DNA of 54,041 nucleotides from an uncultured Bacilli bacterium (GTDB lineage Bacteria; Bacillota_I; Bacilli_A; RF39; UBA660): NCBI GenBank assembly GCA_947601485.1, contig CANQGF010000003.1, positions 1 to 54,041 of the forward strand, read 5' to 3'. Shown piece by piece: positions 40,641 to 50,532 of this stretch (position 1 is its first letter; each line of letters starts with the position of its first letter). The notes under the pieces were generated by a model. It saw only the letters and a program-made list of their open reading frames with translations, ran no database searches and was not told where the DNA came from. The position numbers and the translations under genes were made by a program.

Positions 40641-42395
40641 TTACACATCCTTTTTTATATCTAACATTTTCTTTTTTAAATCAATTTGCTTATTAATATT
40701 TTCCATTTGTTCATTAATATCACGTGAATTATTTATTTTATTTTTAATATTTTGCATATTCTCTTTATTTAATAATTTATTTAAACTAGCTATATATTCT
40801 AAAAATACCTCATCATTTAATTCATCTAAATTAACATTACTAATAATATTAGTTACTAAATCTTTAATAGTATCAATACTTTCAGCATAACTTATAAAAT
40901 CAGCTATATTTATTTTGCCATGTAAATTAATATAATATTCAATTTCATTAATTAAATTTCTTTCTTCTTCATTTTTTAAAAAACCTAATTTCTTATTGAA
41001 AATTTTTAAATATTTACTATCACTCATTATATAATATAAAATATTATAAACACATGCTTGATATTTATTTCTCTTACTTACTGGATTAGATGAAACTATT
41101 TTATTGTCTTCTTTACTTTCTTCTTTAAAAGAAACTTCTTTTTTAAGATTTTCATAATCAATATGGTATTCATTACTAATTCTCTTTAAAATAATTTCTT
41201 TAGTTAAATTATCAGCTTCTTTAATACTATTTAGAACTTCTTTAATATAATTAACAAGTTCCATCGTATTATCTAAATTTTTATCTTTTTTTAAATATTC
41301 CAATTTATAATCTAGATAATTTAAACTATTTTTAATAGTGTCTTTAAAAGCATCAATTCCAAATGAAACAATATATTCATCAGGATCTTTAGCTCTTGTT
41401 AAGCGAACAACTTTAACTAAAACATTATTTTTTATTAATTCGTCACCAATGTTATTCGTGGCAATCTCTCCGGCATTATCATTATCAAGCATTAAGATAA
41501 TTGGTACCCTTAACCTTTTTAAAATGTCAATTTGTTCTTTGGTAATGGCTGTTCCCATTAAAGCTAAAACATTTTTAACTCCGGAAGAATACATTCTAAT
41601 CGCATCCATGTTACCTTCGACCACAATCGCACTTTTTTCTGTTTTAATATGAGGCAAAGCATTATGATAATTAAAAATCAGATTACCTTTTTTATAGATA
41701 ACAGTTTCTTTCGTATTAATATATTTTGCTGTATCTTCACCATTAAAAATACGCCCGGTAAAACCAACGGTTTCTCCATCTAAATTAGTAAGGGGAATCA
41801 TAATACGATTTTGAAAAGTATCATAAGTATTAATACCATCAATATTGATAAGCCCAAGAAGACTTAATTTCTCATTACTATAACCTTTTTTATTTAAAGC
41901 ATTAGCTAAATAATTATTCTTATTTAAGGCATAACCAATTTTAAATTCTTTAATAATATCAGGAGTAATATTTCTTTTAGCTAAATATTCTTTAGCTTTA
42001 ATACCTTCTTTACTATTTAAATTATTTTGATAAATACTAGTTGTATAATTCATTATTTCATATTCTAACTTATATTTGCCATCATTCTTTCTTATGGGGG
42101 TAAAACTTAAGGGAATGCCAACCATATCAGCAACTTTACTAACTGCCTCTAAATAAGAAATATTTTCATAATCTTTGACAAAAGTAAAAACATTACCACC
42201 TTTATTACAAACAAAACACTTAAATAATTGCCTATCTTTAGAAACGGACATACTTGGTTTATGATCATCATGAAAAGGACAGACCCCAAAGTAGTTTTTG
42301 CCTTGCAATTTAAGTGGTATATAATTAGAAATAATACTAACTATATCGGCACTATTTCTAATCTCATTTATTTTCTCTTCACTAATGGTTTGCAT
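40641..42395 (-). CDS. dnaG: DNA primase
   Basis: CPFHDD...CFVC zinc finger, KYINT-ET, VEG-MD, LDND-AG TOPRIM, KDPDE. Confidence 0.97.
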   Translation of the reverse strand: MQTISEEKINEIRNSADIVSIISNYIPLKLQGKNYFGVCPFHDDHKPSMSVSKDRQLFKCFVCNKGGNVFTFVKDYENISYLEAVSKVADMVGIPLSFTPIRKNDGKYKLEYEIMNYTTSIYQNNLNSKEGIKAKEYLAKRNITPDIIKEFKIGYALNKNNYLANALNKKGYSNEKLSLLGLINIDGINTYDTFQNRIMIPLTNLDGETVGFTGRIFNGEDTAKYINTKETVIYKKGNLIFNYHNALPHIKTEKSAIVVEGNMDAIRMYSSGVKNVLALMGTAITKEQIDILKRLRVPIILMLDNDNAGEIATNNIGDELIKNNVLVKVVRLTRAKDPDEYIVSFGIDAFKDTIKNSLNYLDYKLEYLKKDKNLDNTMELVNYIKEVLNSIKEADNLTKEIILKRISNEYHIDYENLKKEVSFKEESKEDNKIVSSNPVSKRNKYQACVYNILYYIMSDSKYLKIFNKKLGFLKNEEERNLINEIEYYINLHGKINIADFISYAESIDTIKDLVTNIISNVNLDELNDEVFLEYIASLNKLLNKENMQNIKNKINNSRDINEQMENINKQIDLKKKMLDIKKDV

Positions 42396-42584
42396 TTTTT
42401 CCCCTCTAATAATATATATTATCGCCTACATGCCGATTTCCTTTTTTTTTGCCAAATTTTTTGCAATTTTTAACAATTTTTTGTTAAAAATGCCAAAATA
42501 ATTTGTAATACACCCTTTAAAAAGCAAAATTATTGTATAATAAAAAAGGCTAATTGTCAAACAAGTGTTAATCAAAAAAAGAGA

Positions 42585-43187
42585 TTATTCATCTCTTTTA
42601 CTATATAAACAGCCACAATAATTTTGACGATATAAATCATATTCTTTCGATAAAAGAATTGATTTTTTATAACCATCTTTTTTCTTAAAGTCACTATATA
42701 ACCATTTCACCGGATATTTTTGAGCTAAATCAGCACCAATATTATTTAAAGCGGTGGCGTTTTTATATGGACTAACAGAAAGTGTTGTGCCAAAATATTC
42801 AAAACCAAGGGATGATGCCAATTCTGCACAACGATTTAATCTTAATTCATAACATAAATGACATCTACTGCCACCCTCTTTATCTTTTTCATGTCCTTTT
42901 ACTTTTTCATGATAAACATCATTTTCATAATCACAATCTAAAAAATGAAGATTAGATAAATTTAAAGCCTCAATTAATTTAATTTGCTCTTTTTTTCTTT
43001 TTTCATATTCCTCTTTTGGTTCAATATTGGGATTATAATAAAGAATTGTAATATCAAAATAATCTTTAAGATATGTAATAACATAACTAGAACAAGGGCC
43101 ACAACAACTATGAAGTAATAATTTAGGTTGATAATCTAAATTATTAACTAAATTTTCTAAAATAAGATCATAATTCACTTTCTCCAT
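42585..43187 (-). CDS. queH: Epoxyqueuosine reductase QueH (DUF208)
   Basis: LLLHSCCGPCS, YNPNI, RCxxCY, TTLSVSPYK, YRQNYCGC. Confidence 0.93.
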   Translation of the reverse strand: MEKVNYDLILENLVNNLDYQPKLLLHSCCGPCSSYVITYLKDYFDITILYYNPNIEPKEEYEKRKKEQIKLIEALNLSNLHFLDCDYENDVYHEKVKGHEKDKEGGSRCHLCYELRLNRCAELASSLGFEYFGTTLSVSPYKNATALNNIGADLAQKYPVKWLYSDFKKKDGYKKSILLSKEYDLYRQNYCGCLYSKRDE

Positions 43188-43935
43188 TATCTTTTACTTC
43201 ACTTTCACAATTACTAAAATGATTATTTTCACTACTACTATCTAAATAAAGACAGCCTTTAGTATTACCATTTACCGAAACTATTCCTTCATAAATATCT
43301 AAATAATCATTAATTTTTTCAATATTAACCGTATTAATGTATACTATATTACCATCATTCATAAGTAATTTAAACCTTTTATCATCAATTATTTTATCTC
43401 CTACTTTAGATGGATCATAAGCTATTTCACTAATATTTGCTAAAATACTTTTATCTACTCTTGCCATTTTCTTAATTAATTCCTCATAAATATTTGTAGG
43501 AACATAATTAGTAAGGGTTGGCACACCCAAAACATAATCACTAAAATTATTATAATCAATTTCTTTGGCGTTTGATAACGCTAAAGTATTGGTATTACTG
43601 TTATAAAATAAAAAACGTCCTTCTTCAATAGTTATTTTTAAAATACCTAAATAATTTTTTTTAACTTTAACATCACTAACTAAATCTAATTCATATAATT
43701 TATTTTTAATTTGACTTTTGCTAACTTTAAAAATACTTTCATCACTAATATCCAAATAGTTGATTAAATAATTATCTTTTAAGTAATTATTACCCGTTAT
43801 TTCAATTCTTTTTAAAGGTTTATTTATAATATAATATAAAGATGACCCAATTAAATAAATAATTAAAACAATAACAATTATAGCCTTAAATCTTATCTTT
43901 TTTTTCTTCTTTTTACTATTAACATTATTTTCCAT
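43168..43935 (-). CDS. divIB: Cell division protein DivIB/FtsQ
   Basis: Basic N-terminal tail, single TM, POTRA (IEITGN), LMNDGN; follows murB. Confidence 0.88.
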   Translation of the reverse strand: MENNVNSKKKKKKIRFKAIIVIVLIIYLIGSSLYYIINKPLKRIEITGNNYLKDNYLINYLDISDESIFKVSKSQIKNKLYELDLVSDVKVKKNYLGILKITIEEGRFLFYNSNTNTLALSNAKEIDYNNFSDYVLGVPTLTNYVPTNIYEELIKKMARVDKSILANISEIAYDPSKVGDKIIDDKRFKLLMNDGNIVYINTVNIEKINDYLDIYEGIVSVNGNTKGCLYLDSSSENNHFSNCESEVKDNGESEL

Positions 43936-43937
43936 AA

Positions 43938-44813
43938 TTAATCCCAATCTATTATTATTTGTTCTAACTCCAATTTTATTTTGAATTTTTCTTCTACTAC
44001 TTTTTGAATATGTTTAATTAATTCTTTAACATCTTTACTAGTCATATTCCCTGTATTAACAATAAAATTAGCATGTTTTTCTGATACTTTTGCACCACCC
44101 ACAGCATAACCTTTTAAATTGCTTTCTTCAATTAATCGTCCCGCAAAATCACCCGTTGGATTTTTAAAAACACTCCCAGCATTTTTATATTGAAGAGGTA
44201 AATTATTTTGTCTTTTTTCCCCAATATTTTTAATTATTTCATGTAAAGACTCTTTATCACTAAATTCTAATTTGAAAGTAGCAGCCACAATTATATCTTT
44301 TGTTTCTTTAAATTCTGTATACCGATAATCAATTTTAATATCACTCTTTTTTAAAGTTTTTATGTCATTATCTTTCAAAATAGTTATGCTTTCCAAACAA
44401 TCATAAATACTATGATTATAAGCACCAGCATTACCATATAAAGCACCCCCAACTGTGCCAGGAATCCCAAATAAATACTCAAAGCCACTTAAATTATGCT
44501 CAATAGCTTCTTTAACTAAAGTACCAAGTAACGCTCCTGCTTCACAAGTTACCAAATTTTGTTCAAAATTTATTTTATTTAAATTTTCTAAACTTATTAT
44601 AAAACCATTAAATAAATGATCAGGTAAAATAACATTTGATCCTTTACCTAAAACATAATAATTAAAATTGTTTTCTTTTAAATAAACCATTACTCTTTGT
44701 AAATCATCTAAAGATTTAGGCTTTACTAAATATTTACAACTAGTTTTAATGCCATAAGTATTATAATTTTCTAAAGAAGCATTTTCTAAAACTTCACCAA
44801 AATCACTTAACAT
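43938..44813 (-). CDS. murB: UDP-N-acetylmuramate dehydrogenase
   Basis: LGKGSN, GIPGTVGGA, NAGAY, AGSVFKNP, SEKHANFIVN. Confidence 0.97.
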   Translation of the reverse strand: MLSDFGEVLENASLENYNTYGIKTSCKYLVKPKSLDDLQRVMVYLKENNFNYYVLGKGSNVILPDHLFNGFIISLENLNKINFEQNLVTCEAGALLGTLVKEAIEHNLSGFEYLFGIPGTVGGALYGNAGAYNHSIYDCLESITILKDNDIKTLKKSDIKIDYRYTEFKETKDIIVAATFKLEFSDKESLHEIIKNIGEKRQNNLPLQYKNAGSVFKNPTGDFAGRLIEESNLKGYAVGGAKVSEKHANFIVNTGNMTSKDVKELIKHIQKVVEEKFKIKLELEQIIIDWD

Positions 44814-45892
44814 TTACTAATAATCTCCTTTATTTTCTCATAGATATTATCACTAGCTTTCACAATTTGATAATTATTTAAATTATTTTTTATTTCTTTA
44901 TATTCTGCACTACTATTCATAAGATTCTTAACTTTATTAATTAAGCTTTGGCTTTCTAAATCTTTTTCTTCTATCATAATAGCTAATTTTTTATTATCTA
45001 GTTCTAAAGCATTATAATATTGATGATTATTAGCAACATTAGGGCTAGGAACTAAAATAGATGGTGTTCTACTAGTTAAAAGTTCGACAACAGTTCCTGC
45101 TCCTGATCTAGCTATAACTAAATCACAATTTTTAAAGAAACCGGCCATATTATCTAAATAAGGAATTAAATGAACATTTTTAGGAAAATGATTATCTTTA
45201 GTAAAACTTTCATAGTTATTTTTACCTGTAACAACTAAAACTTCATAGTTAGCATCTTTAGTTAATTTTAAAAATTCAATTAATTTAGTATTAAGACCAC
45301 TACTACCTTGTGACCCACTAGTAATTAAAAGTAATTTTTTATTTTTATCTAATCCTAAACTTTCTTTAGAAGCACTTTTTAAATTCTTAACATTATCAAC
45401 ACAAGGATGTCCTGTATAAATACAATTAACTTCTTTAGCAAAATATTTATTACTCTCTTCAAATGAAGTAAATACAGCATCTACTCCTTTACTTAAGAAT
45501 TTATTAGTTTTGCCTGGTATCATATTTTGTTCATGAATAACACATTTTATTTTTAATTTTTTCGCTGCCATAATTACGGGCATCGTTACATATCCCCCAA
45601 CCCCAACAACTATATCCGGTTTAAAATCTGTCATGATTTTAAGACATTTTTGATAAGCTTTATATAAAAGTCTAACATTTCTAATATCTTTTAAAATATT
45701 TTTACTTAATCCGTAAATTTCGATTGCTTCATAATGAATATTTTCTCTTGGAACAATATCATTCTCCATACGATTATGTGTGCCAATATATAAAACTTCA
45801 AAATTAGGATCTTTTTCTTGAAATTTTTTAACTATAGCTAAAGCTGGATAAATATGCCCACCAGTTCCTCCAGCTGAAATAATCATTTTCAT
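44807..45892 (-). CDS. murG: Lipid II GlcNAc transferase
   Basis: GGTGGHIYPA, GGYV, HEQN, GSQG, RSGAGT-E, NHQ-NA. Confidence 0.97.
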   Translation of the reverse strand: MKMIISAGGTGGHIYPALAIVKKFQEKDPNFEVLYIGTHNRMENDIVPRENIHYEAIEIYGLSKNILKDIRNVRLLYKAYQKCLKIMTDFKPDIVVGVGGYVTMPVIMAAKKLKIKCVIHEQNMIPGKTNKFLSKGVDAVFTSFEESNKYFAKEVNCIYTGHPCVDNVKNLKSASKESLGLDKNKKLLLITSGSQGSSGLNTKLIEFLKLTKDANYEVLVVTGKNNYESFTKDNHFPKNVHLIPYLDNMAGFFKNCDLVIARSGAGTVVELLTSRTPSILVPSPNVANNHQYYNALELDNKKLAIMIEEKDLESQSLINKVKNLMNSSAEYKEIKNNLNNYQIVKASDNIYEKIKEIISKC

Positions 45893-45980
45893 AAGTAATC
45901 ACCCATAACAATTATATAATAAAAACTATTAAAAAAGTAGTTGTTATTAAATATATTTTCTCATATATTGTAAATCTACC

Positions 45981-46009
45981 TTGAAATAAGTGCCAAAATA
46001 TAATATAAT
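45981..46009 (+). promoter_or_regulatory. Sigma-A promoter for a putative antisense/small RNA
   Basis: TTGAAA-N17-TATAAT with no convincing plus-strand CDS downstream. Confidence 0.7.
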
Positions 46010-46014
46010 GAATA

Positions 46015-46133
46015 TGTCAAAGAAATTGACATAAAATAAAAATGGAAGTACTTATTTAGAGTGTTGAGTACTTGCTCAAAATTTTTTCAAATTTTTTAAA
46101 GCACTACAATCATTCCGATTGAGTGCCTTTTTT
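46015..46133 (+). ncRNA. Putative ~120-nt small RNA (candidate type I antitoxin)
   Basis: Bounded by a promoter and a strong terminator (GCACT-A-CAATC-ATTCC-GATTG-AGTGC, then C and TTTTTT; 46101-46133); internal hairpins; convergent with the peptide ORF. Confidence 0.6.
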
Positions 46134-46155
46134 ATTAATTTATTTTTTTTGAGAA

Positions 46156-46221
46156 CTACCAGATGATTAATAAAATAATTATTATTAGTAGGATAAAGAT
46201 TAAACAATCTTTTTTACTCAT
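46156..46221 (-). CDS. 21-aa hydrophobic peptide absent from the ORF track (candidate type I toxin)
   Basis: MSKKDCLIFILLIIIILLIIW; strong AAGGGAG SD held in a TTGCTCC-GAAG-GGAGTGG hairpin; extended -10 TGTTAAGAT upstream. Confidence 0.7.
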   Translation of the reverse strand: MSKKDCLIFILLIIIILLIIW

Positions 46222-46361
46222 AATAGCCACTCCCTTCGGAGCAAGCACTCAAACTTAAGTCTTCCAATATTTATCTTAACACAAGTTTATTTTAAAGTGT
46301 GAGGACATAATAAATATTAGTGCCTTTTTCTTTGAAAATATCATTAACTAAATATAAATAA

Positions 46362-46943
46362 TTAATTATCCGTAATATAATATACTTTTTCATAATTCAT
46401 TTTTTCAAATAAGCCATATGAGAATATTTCTTTATTATTTAATATTCTTATAATTTTATCATTAAGTAAACTATTTAAAATAGCTATAAAATCATAATTT
46501 TTACTATCTTCATTAGTATTTAAAACATAATTTAAAATGCCTATTTTATAAGTTTTATGAGGAACATTAATTTTATTAATTAAATTACTAGAAAAACTCA
46601 TAACATAAATTTTTTTATTTTGATATTTATTTAATAAATTCATAAATTTAGCAAATGAATTAATATTTTTTATCTCAATTAAAAAAATTTTATTACTATT
46701 AATCTTTAAAATATCACTTAATTTAGGCATATATTTAGGTAGTTCATTATAATTTAAATTCTCAATTAATTTACCATCATAAAGGGCATCATGATTAATA
46801 ATAAATTCATGATCAAAAGTTTCTCTTACATCAAACTCACAACCCATATATTTATCACTTTTTAAAGCCTTAAGTATGGCATCATATGAATTTTCTTTAA
46901 TATTTTTATTATGAATACCTCTATGTTTTATTAATTTATACAA
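46362..46943 (-). CDS. Glycerophosphodiester phosphodiesterase family protein (short)
   Basis: HRG, ENS, EFDV, HD and EIK motifs; AGGTGA RBS before TTG 46943. Confidence 0.8.
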   Translation of the reverse strand: MYKLIKHRGIHNKNIKENSYDAILKALKSDKYMGCEFDVRETFDHEFIINHDALYDGKLIENLNYNELPKYMPKLSDILKINSNKIFLIEIKNINSFAKFMNLLNKYQNKKIYVMSFSSNLINKINVPHKTYKIGILNYVLNTNEDSKNYDFIAILNSLLNDKIIRILNNKEIFSYGLFEKMNYEKVYYITDN

Positions 46944-46984
46944 AAAAATCACCTAATAAATTTTATTAGATGTTTTTTATTTTA

Positions 46985-48139
46985 TTATCTTTTTAATAAT
47001 CTAGCTTGCTTAAATTCATATTCATAATTATCAGGAATTAAATTTAATAATTTATTAAATGTATCTTCAAAACACATTTTAATAATACTATATTCTTCAT
47101 TATCACAGATAAAACTATCTTGAAAATAATTTTCTAATTCTTGTAATAATTTTTTAACTTCTTCATTATCTTGATATTGTGCATATTTATCATATAATCT
47201 AACATATAATACGATTGGATTCATACAACTAATTTTTTTAAATTTATTTAAAATATTAGTCATTATATTTTCAGAAAATCCTAATTGTTGCATTATACTA
47301 ATCACATGCAACTCTTCATCCAAAGTAACTGGTCTTTGAACATTATCACTATCAAAATCATAATATTGAGACAATTCCCTATTTAAAGTTTTTAATTCTT
47401 TATTACTCAATATTGGTTTATTATTAATTACTCTTTTAACCGGTGTAACTGTAGGGCTTTTCTTTTTAGCTACTATATTTAGATAATCTTTTATTTCTTG
47501 GACTAATTCTTTTGATAGTCCACATTTTTCAAAAGCCAAAATAATTTCATCAATATTTTCTCTATCAATATTAGGTAAATCATGGATTAATTTAAATGCC
47601 AATGTAAAGTGAGCTTCCACTACTGGTTTAATATGTTCTGAAGACATTATTGCTACTTTTTTTAATTCTTCATAAATAGCTCTTTCTTTTTCGGTTATAG
47701 TTATATTATTACCATCTTCTAAATGCCAAAATGTTTTAGATTTAGCAAACGCTAATGCTTCTTCTTTTGGGGCACTTTTAAAAGAATAATTATTAATTAC
47801 TTCCATATTAAAATAATTACTTTCTATTAAAATCCCAGTGTCAATATTTTTTTTAATTATATACATTATGATATCAAATTTTTCTTTTATTTTTAAAGGC
47901 AGTTCACAGAGCAATGAAGAAAGTTCATTGAAGTTAGCAAAAATTTCCCCTCTTTCATCATTGATGGGTCCTTTTAAATAGGTAATAAACATTTGCCTTG
48001 ATTTTAATGCTTCTTTGGCTTCCCTTAAAATATATAAATTTTTCGAAAAATTCAACTCATTCAACAAAACGATATTCTTTCTTAATTTTTTATTATCTTC
48101 TTCCATTAAATCAATTAATTTTAAAACAGCCTTTTCCAT
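46985..48139 (-). CDS. Hypothetical protein
   Basis: ~385 aa ORF with its own promoter TTGACA-N17-TATACT (48164-48192); start uncertain (48139-48157). Confidence 0.8.
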   Translation of the reverse strand: MEKAVLKLIDLMEEDNKKLRKNIVLLNELNFSKNLYILREAKEALKSRQMFITYLKGPINDERGEIFANFNELSSLLCELPLKIKEKFDIIMYIIKKNIDTGILIESNYFNMEVINNYSFKSAPKEEALAFAKSKTFWHLEDGNNITITEKERAIYEELKKVAIMSSEHIKPVVEAHFTLAFKLIHDLPNIDRENIDEIILAFEKCGLSKELVQEIKDYLNIVAKKKSPTVTPVKRVINNKPILSNKELKTLNRELSQYYDFDSDNVQRPVTLDEELHVISIMQQLGFSENIMTNILNKFKKISCMNPIVLYVRLYDKYAQYQDNEEVKKLLQELENYFQDSFICDNEEYSIIKMCFEDTFNKLLNLIPDNYEYEFKQARLLKR

Positions 48140-48192
48140 AACCATCTCTTTTTCCAAAAAGTTAGTATAATAAAGTGTTTAGTCATTGTCAA

Positions 48193-48597
48193 CTAAACAT
48201 TCCTCTTTTTAAATAATAAGCAAAAAATAATAACAATTATAAGAAAAATACTTATTCCAAGTATTTGAACTTTATATAGTTCTACTTCTTCTTTTTTAAC
48301 TTCTAAACTTTCTTTATATTTAAGAATGCCATCTACACTTTCGGTAGTATTTTTATGAACATACAAAGTATATAATTCTTCATCCATATCCTTATAGGCT
48401 TTTAAATAAACAATATTATCTGTATCATCTAATTCATTATCTATGACTAGAACATTAACCCCATCAAGAGGGATAAAAGATAATTCAAGAGCGGTAACAT
48501 CTTCTTCAACAGTAACTGTATATTCATAATTATATTTAGCAAACTTTAATTCTAAATTACCATTTAATACTTGCAAATCCTCGAGCATTTTAATCAC
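48193..48597 (-). CDS. Cadherin-like beta-sandwich domain protein with C-terminal TM anchor
   Basis: F...YEYTVTV...V-AL...YTLYV pattern, C-terminal hydrophobic helix followed by KKR. Confidence 0.6.
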   Translation of the reverse strand: MIKMLEDLQVLNGNLELKFAKYNYEYTVTVEEDVTALELSFIPLDGVNVLVIDNELDDTDNIVYLKAYKDMDEELYTLYVHKNTTESVDGILKYKESLEVKKEEVELYKVQILGISIFLIIVIIFCLLFKKRNV

Positions 48598-48626
48598 TAA
48601 TAATAGTTTAAATAGAATTAATTAAT

Positions 48627-49709
48627 TTATACTAATTTTAATAAAATTTCATTCATAACATAAATGTATTTAGGATTAATAAAAACATAACCATCTTTTA
48701 AAATTAATTCATTATTTTTAATTAAAGGCTTTATTGGAAAAACTTCGTGTAACTCTACATCATATTTTTCTTTAAATTCATTTAAATTAATACCTTGTAG
48801 TAATCTTAAACCAAGAATTACTTCATATTCCATAATATCATTTTTAGAAAGTAAATTATTACTACTTTGATATTCTCCTTTTAAATATTGAGATAAACTT
48901 CTGGTATTATCATATCTTACACCCGCAATATAGCCTGATGCCCCACAGCCAAAACCATAATATTCTTGATTATGCCAATAAACTAAATTATGTTTAGATT
49001 GATATCCTTCTTTACAAAAATTACTAACTTCATAATGATGATATCCATTTTTCTCTAAAGTTTTACATATATATTCATACATTTTAGCATCCAATACATC
49101 AGAAATATTTTCGGTATGCTTATAACTTAAAAAAGTATTATCTTCAATAATTAGGCTATAAGTACTTATATGTTCTGGATTAAGTTTTAATAATAGTTTA
49201 ATATCATTTTTTAAAACGCTTAATTTTTCTCCAGGTAAAGCATATATTAAATCTAAATTAATATTAGTAAAACCTAGACTTCTAGCTAAATTAATCTTCT
49301 TTTCAGTATCTAAATAAGTAGCATATCTTTTCATAAGTAAAAGATTTTCTTCGTCAAAAGATTCAACTCCGATTGAAAGCCTATTAACATGATATTTTTT
49401 TAAAAGTAATAATAAATCTTCAGTAATATCTTCAATATTACATTCAAAAGTAAATTCTTCTAAATTATCTTTTTTAAAAATATTAGTTAGTATTAAAAGA
49501 AACTCTATCTCTTTTAAAGATAAAGCTGAAGGTGTTCCTCCCCCAATATAAATGGTTCGTACACTTTCTCCCATATAACGTTCACTAATTTCATCTTTTA
49601 AACCTTTTAAATAATTAACTGCCCATTCTTTTTGATATAAAACTTTACAAAAATCACAATAAGAACAAATTGACTTACAAAAAGGTATATGGATATAAAC
49701 ACTAACCAT
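48627..49709 (-). CDS. hemW: Radical SAM heme chaperone HemW (HemN-like)
   Basis: YIHIPFC-x3-C-x2-CDF, GGGTPS, YEVSNF and the HemW signature HNLVYW. Confidence 0.93.
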   Translation of the reverse strand: MVSVYIHIPFCKSICSYCDFCKVLYQKEWAVNYLKGLKDEISERYMGESVRTIYIGGGTPSALSLKEIEFLLILTNIFKKDNLEEFTFECNIEDITEDLLLLLKKYHVNRLSIGVESFDEENLLLMKRYATYLDTEKKINLARSLGFTNINLDLIYALPGEKLSVLKNDIKLLLKLNPEHISTYSLIIEDNTFLSYKHTENISDVLDAKMYEYICKTLEKNGYHHYEVSNFCKEGYQSKHNLVYWHNQEYYGFGCGASGYIAGVRYDNTRSLSQYLKGEYQSSNNLLSKNDIMEYEVILGLRLLQGINLNEFKEKYDVELHEVFPIKPLIKNNELILKDGYVFINPKYIYVMNEILLKLV

Positions 49710-50532
49710 GTCTTCTATACTTTTCTCCCATTGCCATATTATATTCAAATAATTGATTATATTGTTCTTTTAGTAACTCATTACCTTCTTTGGCTAAAAT
49801 AATTTGTATTCTTTCAGCATAAGTATTACGATCAATCATAAAGATGGAACTAATTTGTTTAATTTTTAAACCATATTTTAATTGATATTTAAGCATAGTT
49901 AAAATATCTTCATCAGTAAAAATACCATCCCCCTCTTTTTTCTTTCTTAAGGCTTGAGCATAATGATCAGTAATATTTCTTAATAACAAGCGTATACCTT
50001 CAATATCTTTTTTTCTTAAACATTGAACATATTGATTATAAAAATTGATTATATTATTTTTAGCTATTTCTTGATCAAAAGACTCAATATTAAGATATTT
50101 AAGGGCATCATAATACTCATTTAAATCATTACTATTTAAAATATCATACATAGATAAGCCAAATAATGCATTAATTGTTTCAAATTTTGCCCGAAAAGAT
50201 AAAGCCAAATGAAGTAATATTTTCTTTTGAGTCACTAAATCATTTTTAGAAAAGATATCAATTCTTAAATAATGAGGACTATCGTTTTTCTTATTATCTA
50301 ATTCAATCATTCTTTCTTTAATTTTTTGAAGTATTTCTTCATTCTTATTAGGATAAACCATTTTAATAACGGCATCATTATTTAATCTTGATTTAATTCT
50401 TTCCACTGGAATATGAGTTCTAGCAGCTAGTTCTAAATAATTTAAATTTTCATTTAAAAGTAAATCAACTAATTTTCTTGTTTCTAAATAAACTTTATCG
50501 TCAAAAGCAGAATAACTATTTATCATTTTCAT
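49702..50532 (-). CDS. Hypothetical protein with two possible HTH segments
   Basis: 276 aa; GGAGG RBS within the lepA 3' end; overlaps both neighbours. Confidence 0.8.
   Translation of the reverse strand: MKMINSYSAFDDKVYLETRKLVDLLLNENLNYLELAARTHIPVERIKSRLNNDAVIKMVYPNKNEEILQKIKERMIELDNKKNDSPHYLRIDIFSKNDLVTQKKILLHLALSFRAKFETINALFGLSMYDILNSNDLNEYYDALKYLNIESFDQEIAKNNIINFYNQYVQCLRKKDIEGIRLLLRNITDHYAQALRKKKEGDGIFTDEDILTMLKYQLKYGLKIKQISSIFMIDRNTYAERIQIILAKEGNELLKEQYNQLFEYNMAMGEKYRRHG

Noticed and set aside
42396-42584. AT-rich gap upstream of dnaG as an origin or ncRNA
   Set aside because: No TTATCCACA-type DnaA boxes or convincing stem-loop found; probably just the promoter region of the dnaG-sigA operon
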